DNA of 64,000 nt from Eledone cirrhosa. Its lineage: Eukaryota. Below the pieces are notes generated by a model. That model was not told the origin of the DNA and did no database searches. It was given only the letters and a program-made list of their open reading frames with translations. The stretch spans positions 22,382,001 to 22,446,000 of the forward strand of contig OZ024747.1 of NCBI GenBank assembly GCA_964016885.1. Reading direction: 5' to 3'. A program made the translations under genes and the position numbers. This document shows, piece after piece, positions 27,404-40,019 of the stretch; position 1 is the first letter of the stretch, and each line of letters begins with the position of its first letter.

Positions 27404-28118
27404 ATGTATATCTGTATATATATATAATGTATATCTGTATATCCGTATATATATAATGTATATCTGTATGTATATATATATATATATATATAATGTATAT
27501 CTGTATATCCGTATATATATATAATGTATATCTGTATATATATAATGTATATATGTATATATATATATAATGTATATATGTATATATATATATAATGTAT
27601 ATCTGTATATATATATATAATGTATATATGTATATATATATATAATGTATATATGTATATATATATATAATGTATATATCGTAAGCCAAAAGTTAGAGAA
27701 ATGAGAAAATACTGTATTGTCTTGGAATATATAACTCAAATGTAATGAAACGGATACATATATTGTTTCTTTGTGTGTGTACATAATATATATATATATA
27801 CATGTTGTATAATGAATAATATACGGGATGTTTATGAAAAATATTTGAAAGCCTTTCACTATTAATTTTTAAGGTTGTAACCAATGTCACACACCTCTCA
27901 GCAAAGGCAAGGGTAATTAATCTAGCAAATAAGCTAGAATCATATAGATTTTTTTTGCTTATGTATATGAGCTGAGGAAGCTCATTTGCATATGGAGCGG
28001 TAACCGGTTCGACTTATATATATTGCTTCTTTGTAACTGTTTATATATATATTGTACCTTTGTAAATTATTTCTTAAGATGGTCCAAATTTTCTCACTTA
28101 TTTAACTTTGTCTTCTAG

Positions 28119-28303
28119 CAAAAGGAAGGACTAATTTGGAGCTTCGGGAGCAGTTCATTTTGGCTCAAGGCATTGGTCAGTCTGTGACTGGATTCCTCAC
28201 CAAAAGCCCTCCTGGCAGCATATACTCTGGTAGTTCTACATATTCAGGCACTGCTTCTTTAAGTGGCCGCTCTGCAAGTTCTGCTAGTGGTCACCTCGGA
28301 AAG
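28119..28303 (+). CDS. Spectraplakin exon (post-GAR, after a 23.5-kb intron)
   Basis: ttctag|CA AAA GGA...AAG|gtaaag. G+CA gives AKGRTNLELREQFILAQG..., the conserved continuation of NDPCR in MACF1/DST. Confidence 0.95.
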
Positions 28304-29037
28304 GTAAAGACCTGTTTTGTTTCTTTTTCATTCTGAATTTTTTTATTTTTACATCTCTACTTGTACTTTCAACCTCATAACGCCAATGAAACCAGGATAA
28401 GCACTGTCCTAATGAACCTCTGGACTTTAACATATATATATTCATTCCCTCTTTTCTTCTTTCTCCCATCTCTTATCATATGCTATACACTCTAATACTT
28501 TCATTCTCTCTCTCTTATAACATTTTTTCTCTGACTGCTCTTCTATTCATTAAAGGGTTTTGTTAAATCCAACTCTTTGCTATGATCATCATAGCAACTG
28601 GCTGTTTTACAGCTATTTCTGTGTTTGAGTACCCTACAATTTTATGATATATATATATATCATTTGGCATTAGCAAGGGCATCCAACCGTAGAAAACCAG
28701 CCAGAAACACCCCTATATGAACGAGACACGGTCACTCGACCCAACTTGCCTCTAAATGGACCCGTCTAACCCATGCTAGTGTGGAAGATAAACATTAATC
28801 GATGATGATATATATATATATATATATGCTGCACAAGTATGGACACATATCAACAACCTATTTTCTGTTACTCTTATGTAACTGCCTGATGATGTCATAC
28901 CAGCTGCTGCTGTTGCAGTTGCATAACTGAAATGTGCATAATAAATGTAATTATGTAATTACACAAACCTGTCTTAACATATATATACGTGTGTGTGTAC
29001 TTTTTGCAACTGCCCACACCACATTGTTCAAATTTAA

Positions 29038-29248
29038 CCCGTTAGCATTTACATTACTCTATATTTACTATTGTATTTTCATGGCAAACACTTTACTTCA
29101 CATAATTATCTCAAATAATATTGAATCTATGAGATTTTGATATTATTTATTTTGAGAACATTACCTTAACATCTGTATGAATAGCCAGTTACGGCCGGTT
29201 TGAACAAAAAGAGGTGAGAGAATTATGGTCGGTTTAAATGCTAGAGGG
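29038..29248. mobile_element. piggyBac-like MITE, same family
   Basis: Same TIRs (one mismatch each) and TTAA TSD. Confidence 0.8.
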
Positions 29249-29391
29249 TTAAACATGTATTTTTAAATTGTTGAATTTTTTTTTTTTCCATTAAAAAGTT
29301 AGTTTATAAATGTATAAGTGCTATTAATGAAAATTGTAGTTGGGTAAAAAAAAGTTACATTATTTTTTTTTAAATTTGTTTTATTTTTTAG

Positions 29392-29560
29392 TGTCGAGCC
29401 CATCACCCTAACAACTATCGTCAACGTATTCGTTCAAACCCCGATATTGAGGTTAAACAAATTATGGCACGGTCAGATGTGGTCAGTCGATACGCTAAAT
29501 ATAACAAAGGAGCCAGTGCATCTCGGAGTATACGTAGTCCTGGTGGTGTGGCAAGTCCAG
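29392..29560 (+). CDS. Spectraplakin exon (C-terminal tail)
   Basis: tttttag|TGT...CCAG|gtaagt. Open frame CRAHHPNNYRQRIRSNPDIEVKQIMARSDVVSRYAKYNKGASASRSIRSPGGVASP; phases 0 and 1 fit both neighbours. Confidence 0.85.
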
Positions 29561-30668
29561 GTAAGTTTGAAATTATGATCAATCACTCAATGTTTGTAAT
29601 CATCATCATTTAACATGTTTTCCCTGCTAACAAGGGTTGGACAGGTTTTTCACAGACTAGTCAGTATTCAAGTGGAGCTACTGACCTCTCAGATGAACTG
29701 GGGGCCAGCATCTCACTTACAAACAATTCTGTCCTCTACCATGGGGTGGTCATTGTGTTTTTGACACAACTGAAGTATCCTCCAGACCCTGTGTAACTAA
29801 TTCGAATGTTGGATTTGATATCAAGCAAAACATATTGTAGTATTTAGTTATATCCCTGTTACATTCTGAATTCAAATCCAATCCAAGTTAATTTTTACTT
29901 TTCATCATCACAGGCATGCCTCTGTTATTAAGAAGTTTGCTTCATAACTGTATGCTTTCATATTCAGTTCTACTATATGGCACCTTGGGCAAGTGCCTCT
30001 CATTATAGCCCCAGGCTCATCAATGCCTTAAAATGGGTGAAAATGATTGGCTTGTTGCTCTAGAGGAATGATAAGCAAATGTGAGTTAATTTCCCTCAGG
30101 TGATGATTAACTTTATTCTACCTCAAGAGGTTCTATTTAAGTTATTCGTGTCATGGTTCTCATGGTTCTTTGCTTGAAGAACTGTGTAAAGGCTTTAGCT
30201 TCTGGCTGTAGACATTTCTCTTAATCTAATTAATCCTTTTGAGAAAAATAAGAATACAACTCATTTAAGAAATTAATATTTCCATTGTCAAAGTTTAAAA
30301 TTTGTTTTATGTAGAATGGTGAATTGGTAGTGTCAGATAAAATGCCATTGTAGTATTTGTTCTGACTTTACTTTCTGTATTTACATTTTGACTTTGAATC
30401 CTGTCAAGGTCAACTTTGTGCTTCTTCAAATTTGCTGTCCTTGTGCCTAAATTAGACATTAATATTAATAGAAAACACAAGGATGGTGGATTGGTAGAGC
30501 ATCGGATGAAATGCTATTTTGGTATTTGTGTTGGTTCTTTACAAATCTCGCCTATGTCATCTTGCTTTCCATCCTATTGATCAATAAAATAAAATACCAG
30601 TCAAATACTTGGGATTGAGCCTAAATTAGAAATCGATATTTATTTTTGGTTTTCTTCTTCTCTTTTAG

Positions 30669-30931
30669 GAAGTACCACAAGTCGTTGTTCAAGTACAGGC
30701 AGTCGGCCACCAAGCCGAACTGGAAGTGATATATCGGAAACCAGTGAACCCGAAGTTTACACAACAGTGCAGACTGAAACTAGGAACTTGGGTGGTCGTA
30801 AACAAACAACAATGACTTATCAAACACACGTAATCCCAAGCAGAAGTGGATCACATGTGGCTCACTCAAGTTCATCATCAGTAACCTCATTGAGACATGG
30901 TTCAAAAATTCCGAAACTTAAAAAGAAATGA
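30669..30931 (+). CDS. Spectraplakin last coding exon (GSR-rich tail with SxIP EB1-binding motif)
   Basis: ttttag|GA AGT...; reads GSTTSRCSSTGSRPPSRTGSDISE...RHGSKIPKLKKK, TGA at 30929-30931. Confidence 0.92.
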
Positions 30932-33215
30932 ACTGCTTCCAATCATTTTGCTTCCACTCCTACTGTCGTCAGTCAGGATTCTGTTGTTGTTTCTGCCAGT
31001 AACTTATTTATCTTATAATGAAGCTTTTCACAGCAATTTCAACCATTGCAGAAGCTTTCTTGATAACTATCGGACTCTTCTCTCTTTCTCTCATACACAC
31101 ACCATGACCACTATGGCGTGAACACAAAATCACAGCTGTATCACTAACTAAAATATTACTTGGCTACTACCTAACATCTTATAATATAGCTGTGGCTCTG
31201 ATTTTGGAAGACATTTTTGGTTGCTAAGGCACTAGCTATAGCATCAGATGTCTCTGTTATTTCTGAGTGGCAACAGTCTCTTTGCTGGCATCATTGAAAC
31301 TACGTTTCAATATCTTATTTACCCAACGTGAAAGATGGAAGAAATTTTTTTTTGGGGTTATTCTCTGATTTTTTTTGTTTCATTTTCTTAAATCCTGACA
31401 TCTGCTTTGTCCACTAAGTGGCAATATAATGCTGCACCGTCCCTGTCTAATTTCTTAACATACACATTTAGACAAGGCTGTTGCCCTTGTTTGGCCAAAA
31501 AAACAAAAAAAAATGAGAATATTATAAAAGTAACAATAATTTGAAAAAAAAAAACAAGAGAGAACACTACAGCTGCGTGCCTACACGTATGATAAACCTA
31601 CGTTTGTAGCAATGTGTAACATATTTTTAGTGCTTTTTCTATTTCTCCACATGATGTATAACTGTGATAAAAATTAGAGGGAGCCGGCGAGCAACCGATC
31701 TAACCGTCACTGTTGGAGAAATATTGCCAGTAATTATATTACAAGGGACAGGAATAATGCTCGTCTGCAACCACTTACCTTTCATTTCTTACTCTCTTCT
31801 AAAACAATCCACAATATTTTCATCTCTGAAACAAATGAACAAAAAAAAAAACCGTTTTGTTTTGTTTGTTTTTTGTCCTTTTCATTTTTGTATTTTTTAT
31901 ATTTATTTTTTTTTTGCTAATTAAATCTAATAAATTTTTTTTTTAATCACTATTTAATATGTATTTTAAAATGTTAAATTGTTGTTTTCTAAGTGGAGGA
32001 AGGGGGGGAATGATTTTATTTTGATTTGGTTTTAATTTATGTATTTATTTTATTTATTCATTTTTTTTTTTCCGCTACCATTTGTTTTGTTTTTTGTTTT
32101 TGTTGTTTTTTTTCATCTGTTTTGAAGAAAGTATGTATTGCAATGTTTCTTTCTGCTGTCTGAGCAAGTGCAGCAGTAACACTGCTGCTACTACTGCTGA
32201 TGTTGTTGCTGCATTCCTGTGTGTTTCTTCAATAACAAGATAGCGATGCCATCCATTGTATTTTCTCTTTTTTTGTATCTTTATTTTATTTTTGTATTTT
32301 GTTGTTTTCTGTTTGTGGGTTTTTTTTTTTTGTTTGTTAATGGCTGCTCTTAGTGAAATTGGTCACCTATTGCATTCCACCTCTTGAATTGCTTAAAACA
32401 TCTTACTACAAACAGCAGCAGCACTTGAAAACACACACATCACACACACACATATATATATATAGAGACATATATATATCTTATATATATATATATATAT
32501 ACATATGCCATTTTGCTGTTTTATTTCTTTGTTCCAGAGATGAATACTATTTTTGTATGAAACTCTAAAATTCATCATATCCTTGACTAAAATTCAATCT
32601 ATGGTGATAAACAACTAGAAAACTATCACCCAGATTCAGGAATATTTCAGTCATTTAGCCCTATTCTCTAGTTGTTTGCTAATTATGTAAATTTAAAAAG
32701 AAAAACAATATTACTTGTAGAAAGTAGCCAATGATTATATCAAATTGGCAATATTTTTGCAGAGTAAATTATGCTTGCACCAGATCCTGATTAATAATAA
32801 ACACTGGAGCACATTAAAGCATTTGTTGATAATTTGTAAAATATTTCGGTTTTTATATATTAACTTTTTAAGGGGGAAAGATGAAAAAAAAAAAATAAGA
32901 AAACACAATCTCATTCCATTTCTAATTCTGGAATTATTCCTTCTTTCGAGGTAATGTTTGCTCTATCTGCTGCTCTTGTAGCAAACAGTATGGTTTATAT
33001 CTGTAGCAGGAAAGAAATTATCATCTTCCTTGGCTACAGGTGAATGAGTGCATAATAATAAGGATGCTGAGGGTGAATGGTGATGCTGGAGATGTAATGT
33101 TTGTTTTGTTTTGTTTTTTTAGGGAATTTACAATAGTCAATTGAGAGGCCTTTTAATGTGTACGCTGAACCTCTTTTGTCAAATAAAATGATTGCATATA
33201 TAATAATTGCTATGA
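30932..33215 (+). other. Probable long 3' UTR of the spectraplakin, candidate polyA signal AATAAA at 33182-33187
   Basis: Largely transposon-free, U-rich sequence after the stop. The AATAAA is followed by a pyrimidine/U-rich tract. Other AATAAA hexamers exist, so the end is uncertain. Confidence 0.5.
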
Positions 33216-34680
33216 CTTGGTCTTTTGTTATTGCCTTTCTCTCTCGTCTTCTCTCTTTCCTGTCTTCTTTCTTTTCCTTGTCTACTCTCTCTTTCTTTTC
33301 CTTGTTTCCTCTCTCTCTTTCTTTTGTCTTCTCTCTTTTTCCCTTCTCTCTCTCTCATTGTTTCAGATTAGTTCACTATCAATGGCTGATCTCTGAATTC
33401 TTTTTCTCAGTAAACCTGACATTCACTTTGAATCAGTCCTTCTACAAGCAATTGGATCAACAATGATTACTATTGTGAGCTAGGGACCATGAAAAAATAC
33501 AAGTGTAGAGGGAGCTAATACTTGGTTGTTAACTTACTAGAAATAGCAGCAAAATCTCCCTCAAATCACACCATCTTTAAAAGAAAAGGGAACATTAGAC
33601 AGTCCTTAATATACCATTCTTTTTTTATTCCTTTTGCTTCCTTACATGGTTGAAAGCTTACATTCCCATCTAGATCTTCTTTTCCAAAAATGTCAATAGT
33701 TGGTTGTTTTTTCAATTTTAAACACCCCTCAAGAAGTTTTTATCTACTAATTGCTTGGATAATCTCAGTTGATCAAAGTTTTTTAACACACAATATTATG
33801 TGTCAGACAACCCTATTATAGATATTCATACTCAGTGTCACTACAGTCCCTCTCTTTCTCTCTCTCTCTCTATATATATATAATAGAGGAAGACCATGGA
33901 AAACAAGGGCGAAGGTGGTGAGAGCTGACATCAGATCCCTGGAGCTCACAGAGGAGATAACGAAGGACTGTGACAGATGGAGAGATGCTGTGCTAAATAG
34001 AACCCGTCTCACCCTTGCAAGCAGGGAAAAGCAGACGTTAAATGATGATGATGATTATATATATATATATATATATATACATAAGTTAAAACAATGAAAT
34101 AAAAATTCAAGTCATTAGGAATATACTTCACTGCTTTACGATCGTTTCTCGGTGATAATAATACATCGTACGCATATTTCGTTATCGATCTATGTAGGGT
34201 TAGTTACAAAATATCAAATAACGAATATATTTACCTACGTGTATATCATCAGCCGTTGTCAAAAACAATAGTAAATTGAGTTCTATGACCTTATTTGGAG
34301 GTAGCTGAACCAATCAAATGGTTTTTTGCCATATGATGTTAAGATGAAATATAACTCACTTTAGTTGAGGTCATGACCCTTTGAAAGGAATGGTTGAATG
34401 GTGTTAAAAATAGAATTACTATAAAGAACCTATGAAGAAAAGGGATTGTGATATTGATAGTGGAATGTAGATGGTGGAGTGAAGTTTAAAAAGGAATGTA
34501 AAAATTAAATGTTGAGTTGTGTTGTATGGAATTTTTAGGTGAATATAAATAAGTAAATATAAAATATACAGAGATAACTAGGATAAATATAGATAGGTAA
34601 AGTAATGGTCATAACTAGGAAGGATAGTATATTAAAGGATGAAAATTATAATAAGATAATAAAATATAATAATATAACAT

Positions 34681-34864
34681 AATTGTTTCTACTTTTTGGT
34701 ACAAGGCCAGCAATTACCCAGTACATTACTGGTACTTTATTTTATCGACCCCGTAAGGATGAAAGGCAAAGTTAACCTCGGCGGGATTTGAACTCAAATC
34801 GTTAAGGGACGTAACTATGCTGGAAATCATGGTGTCTGACCCTCTACCGATACTGCCAATCCAA
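34681..34864 (-). mobile_element. Same SINE family
   Basis: Reverse complement of the 39065 unit. Further partial copies near 3430-3530, 5705-5915, 7708-7872, 22797-22840, 26666-26795, 30310-30635, 36300-36450, 43760-43860, 52277-52383 and 62884-62978. Confidence 0.85.
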
Positions 34865-36518
34865 TATAATAATATAATATAGTACAGTATGGTACATTGT
34901 ATATAGTATAATATAGCGTATGATGTATCATAAAATATAAAATAGTATATATTTTCAAGTGGGTCTATGTATAAGTAATCAAACTCAGATAAATGCATGA
35001 CGACATATAGTCAAAACGCATAATTTTCTTAGATCACAAAAGTACATATATTCACATATATAGGTATAATTACATTGATATTCCATTAAAAACATACATA
35101 CACATGCACAAACATATATATATATATATATATATATACACACTTATACATACATATATACATGTACACACACACATAGATGTACATATACATATATATT
35201 CTCTTATCATACATACATACATACATACATACATACATACATAGATATACCCATGCAATTACAGGTGGTTATGTACCTTGATGCCCTTAGTCAGTAATGC
35301 ATGAATCTATGGAAGGTAAAAAATTAATAAATTAAAAAATAAACAGGAAGGCGTATAATTAGGAGAAGGGGATACTAACAAATGGTACGTCGCATAGAAC
35401 TATAGTGAGTTTTATATCATGACTCTGTTTTCCTTTTAATGTTTTATTGTTTTCCGGGATTTATTTTAACCTACATTTTCAACATATGGATGCAGACTAA
35501 ACCCCACAACTAACTGGATATTTCTGTGTGTATATATATATATATATATATTGACCAAAAAATAGTCTTGTCAACTGGATAAAAAATATTTCACTAAGGA
35601 AGTTTAATTTGATTGGTCCATTGTTTTCAAGACCACATCCATTCATCTTACCATATGACATGTACATAGCTAAGACTGTCATTTGCTTTAACTATAAAAT
35701 CAACAAATCCAAGCTATCTATGAACTCAAGCAAATACAAATCATAGTCCTACAATCAACCCACACAAGAGATAAATTAACTTCAAACATAAGTTTGACAA
35801 CCATACCCTAGCCCTCTCAGTAAAACAATGACTTACTCCAAATATTGGTATGGGGAGGATGAACATCATCAGGCTGCAGCTATCATATTACATAGTGTCT
35901 GTATTATTCTGCAACAACCACTAATCCCATGGCATACATTTATACATGAGACCTAGAAGGGCATCCAACTGTAGAAACAGTGCCAAAAATGGAATGTATG
36001 AGTGAGACAGTCATCTGACCTGTCTAGCTTCAGAATGTGACAACCTGTTTAACCCATGCAAACATGTAAAATAAATATAAAATGATATGTAAATTGCCCT
36101 TTAAAGTAGTTTTCCTCATCCATATTTTGAGAAAAGGGTACAATCATTTATGTATGTATAGACCCATAACTCCTGGTAGAGACATAGGGGGTGCTGTCAT
36201 GACACAGCATTTCTGGAACATTTTAAACCTGGCAAAGCCCATCCCCCTGCAAGTCTGAACACAGCTGATTTCTTCCAGAGAAGTAAGAAAGAGATATAGA
36301 GGAAGAATTGACTGGCACTTTATTTATTGACCTGGAAAGGATGAAAACTAATTAGAGTCAATTAACTCAACCCAAATACTTGCCTGGTATTTATTTTAAC
36401 TCTAGAAAGACAAAAGATAAACTTGACCCTTGTAGGGTCGAACTCAGAATGTTCAAATATATATATACTCTTTTATCCTTTTACCTGTTTCAGCCATCCG
36501 GCTGAGGCCATGCTGGGG

Positions 36519-36561
<43 letters not shown>

Positions 36562-36699
36562 TTTTTTTTTTTTTTTTTTTTTTATATAGATATTTCTGAT
36601 TAAAATTTGAAACAGAACAAATTGAAAATATTTGAATCCAAATAATCACCATTGAATAAATGAGGGTATCCAGTTGTAAAATAATGAGATAAATATAAT

Positions 36700-37246
36700 T
36701 TCCCTTTTTATACCAAACTGCCTGAAACTGGTTCTACAATACAAAACTATTTATTTTTAACCCTTTTGTTACCAACCCAGCCAAAACTGGCTCTGATTCT
36801 ATGAAATAAAACCACCAATTTTAATTAAAGTCTTCCAAAATAATTTTATATGAGAATCTTACATTAAGTTACTATATTAGTAATAAAATAATTAATTTTA
36901 GTAAATCCCTCAAAATTCTTCATTAATTAATTGAAATATATTGTATTTCATTAGAAATGTGGTCATGAAAGAGTTAGACACTCATACTGATGTTAAGATA
37001 TTGTTCTCAAAATAAATAATATCAAAAATCTCATAGATAAAGCCTTTACCAAGAAAATACAATAGTATATATAGAGTAATGTAAATGCTAAAGGGTTAAA
37101 CAAAATTTTATGTAAGAACATTTATCAAGTTATGTTCCAAACACCAGCTTAATAATGAGCAAATGGGTTACATTATTCAAATTTCTTGTTCATTTGAAAA
37201 CCATAGGCAGTGTCTTTCATTGAAAATATGGTAATGAAAGGGTTAA
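36700..37246. mobile_element. Cluster of nested or partial TTAA MITEs (two families)
   Basis: ttaacccttttgttacc at 36757, right half of family 1 ending at 37095, and ggtaatgaaagggttaa ending at 37246. Family 2 relatives lie near 225-450, 3940-4167 and 15164-15380. Confidence 0.6.
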
Positions 37247-37724
37247 ATGTTCAGTCAATTCAATCTATATTTTGAATTAATTGCTAAAATTTTATGAAAA
37301 TCCTATAACAAGCACTGTGAAAAGAGCAACATCATCATCATTTTACGTCTGCTTTTCCCTGCTTGCAAGGGATAGATAATGGTTTAGATATGTCTTGTCA
37401 GTAACTATGTGCTCCATTCTAACTCCTCAAATTGCTATTAAATATATATATATATATATAATGGATATCCAGTGGCAAGGCTGCAGTTCAGGAGCTGTTA
37501 TCACTTCCAAGTCTGCTCTGGCCCGGAGTAGTAGTACTTGTTAGGGCCCCATTTATGGGTTAAATAATTACCTTACTCGAGTGGTGCCGGTAAGGTTTTA
37601 TCAGTTATTGAATATATGTATACAATGTCATGGAAAAAAACTAAAAAAACATTAACATATTTCGAATGAAAACATTTTATTTAATTTCAGTATTAGTTTT
37701 CTTTTGGTGCTTATAGAAGCTGAG

Positions 37725-38236
37725 TTAAAAAGATGAAATTTTCTTTGTATTTCCTCCTTCATCCCATTCATTTTCATTAACATCATAATCCTTCATAGCA
37801 GCTTCCAAGTAAATCCAATAACCATTAATACCCACATCTACAATACTTTTGGAAATCTCTAGCCATGGTGTTTTTAATTTACCACACTGGGCAGCATACA
37901 AGCCAAGTCCTTGAGTATAATTGTCTTCATACATTAAAGAACAAATTCCTAAATTAACACGAACCAATTTATTGTCTCGCATATTTTCAACTAATTGATT
38001 TATATGTTTCTCAGTTTTGGGGCTGCGAGTTGCTTCACTAACAAGAGCAAGCTTATTAGCATTTTCTAAGAGGTTGTATGTGAAACTGTTCTCATTAGGA
38101 TTGGTTTTTATTAAAATTCCAATAGCAGAAAGTAAAGTGATATAAGCTGATGCCTTCAAAGGTTTTTCTCGCATGGATTCTGCTGTTTCAACAGCAACAA
38201 CTTTGTAATCATTGTAGATGTTGTGGAAGTAGTTTC
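37725..38236 (-). CDS. TIMM29: Mitochondrial import inner membrane translocase subunit Tim29, exon 2 (last coding exon)
   Basis: Acceptor ctctag|GA. Reads NYFHNIYNDYKVVAVE..EKPLKASAY..NPNENSF..LVRVNLGICSLMYEDNY..LYAAQCGKL..IVDVGINGYWIYLEAAMKDYDVNENEW, matching Tim29 family motifs. AATAAA on minus at 37676-37681. Confidence 0.9.
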
Positions 38237-39064
38237 CTAGAGTAAGAAAAAAACATTTAGTTATTACCATAACATATATATATACAGAGAAAGAGAATAG
38301 ACATTACAATGCAACGGGAGGAAACATAATAGTACCACTGATGATGTCACAGGTGTGTGATGAAAGAACTTTGATAGACTATATATATTTTTATACAAAA
38401 GCAAAGACCAAACCAAACAGTGAGTGTGTTTTATTATATATTTGTGGCAATATTATAACAATATGACCCTCCCCACATATATATAAATTAATAAATCACA
38501 TGAATACACCAATTTCGCAATTGAAGGATTAATATTTATTATGTAACTAACACGTGTTTCATTATTATGCAAGTGAGCACATCTAGAACCGCTAATCCGA
38601 CGTCTGTTTTCAGAGAATTCGAACTCCACTATTCTGCATCAACAGTTTTACATATCAGCTTGTCGAAGTCTATACACAGAGAGAGGTGTGTCGCTAAGGA
38701 GAAACCAGAGTTATATAAAGTATCAAAATATCAACAACTATACTGAGAGACGGAGATATATAGACTTACAGAGGAGTTCTTAAGCAGTTATAACTCTATC
38801 ATTAGCATTGATAGTAATATCATCATTGTTATTATTTTACTCCTCATGAGGCAGTACTAACATATTTAATAGCAGTGGTTGATGCTTTATTAAATAAAGG
38901 GTAGGTCCATGGCTATTGACCAGTGTCCAGCCACATCCACTGACATTTAAAGAATTCTTTATCAGGCATTTTAAGCAGGTAGTGGTAAATCATTTTGTCA
39001 TCTTAATGTTTCTATTGATAAGGCTGGGCTGTGCTGAGTATTCTTTGGCGCCATTATATGTTTA

Positions 39065-39670
39065 GGCGGTGGATTGGCAGTATCGGTAGAGGGTCGGAGG
39101 CCATGCTTTCCAGCATAGTTACGTCCCTTTACGATCTGAGTTCAAATCCTGCCAAGGTTGACATTGCCTTTCATCCTTACGGGGTCAATAAAATAAAGTA
39201 CCAGTAATGCACTGGGTAATTGCTGGCCTTGTGCCTAAAGTAGAAACAATTATTTAGGGCGGTGGATTGGCAGTATCGGTAGAGGGTCGGACGCCATGCT
39301 TTGCAACATAGAGTTACGGCTCTTTATGATCTGAGCTCAAATCCCGCTGAGGTTAACTTTGCCTTTCATCCTTATGGGGTCGATAAAATAAAGTACCAGT
39401 CACACACTGGGGTCGATTTAATCGACTTTCCCCTCCCCCAAATTACTGGCCTTGTGCCTAAGGAAAGGGACTTAAAGGTGGTGGATTGGCAGTATCTGTG
39501 GAGGGTCGGATGCCATGCTTTGCAGCAAAAAAAAGTTATGTCCCTTTAAGGTCTGAGTTCAAATCCCGCCGAGGTTAACTTTGCCTTTCATCCTTACGGG
39601 GTCGATAAAATAAAGTACCAGTAATACACTGGGATAATTGCTGGCCTTGTGCCAAAAGTAGAAACAATTA
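39065..39670 (+). mobile_element. Three head-to-tail tRNA-derived SINEs with a Meta-domain-like core
   Basis: Each has the ggtggattggcagtatc A-box-like head, gttcaaatcc B-box, gcctttcatcc..ggggtcgataaaataaagtacc core and ggccttgtgcc tail. Units about 39065-39252, 39257-39462 and 39477-39670. Confidence 0.85.
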
Positions 39671-40019
39671 TATATATGTATAGTGATAAACAAACGGAAT
39701 TGTGGGCAATCCCTATTTTTATTTATATGACTAAAGGGAAGGGATCGGATTCTATGTTAGTCAGGATTATAATAGGAGAAAGTTTTAAAGTGTTTATGTC
39801 AACAACTGAGGAAGACAGTGAGATAGATCAAGGATATCAAGACTAGAAATAGGTGGTTACATAACCTCTACCTATTAGTCAATATATAGATTTACTAAGA
39901 TCAATCAACCCACTGAAACAATTTAAAACAATTAACTAATTAAGAACCAATCCGCGACTTGTTTTATTGTCATTGTTCAAAACACATATACATACATATA
40001 TACACACACATATGTCTTT

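Larger units (their letters stand above)
21840..27680. repeat. About 5.8-kb compound (TA)n microsatellite with embedded inserts
   Basis: TA tracts with recurring aatg, gtgt, tacg and tctg subunits, interrupted by palindromes and SINEs. Confidence 0.95.

Noticed and set aside
15915-27859. Dozens of long YI/CV-rich ORFs
   Set aside because: Translations of TA/TG microsatellites that lack stop codons; not genes.
28860-28945. CTGATGA...GAAA-tgtgca-TA
   Set aside because: The CTGATGA lies inside the only good helix and has no matching stem I; at best a heavily decayed remnant.
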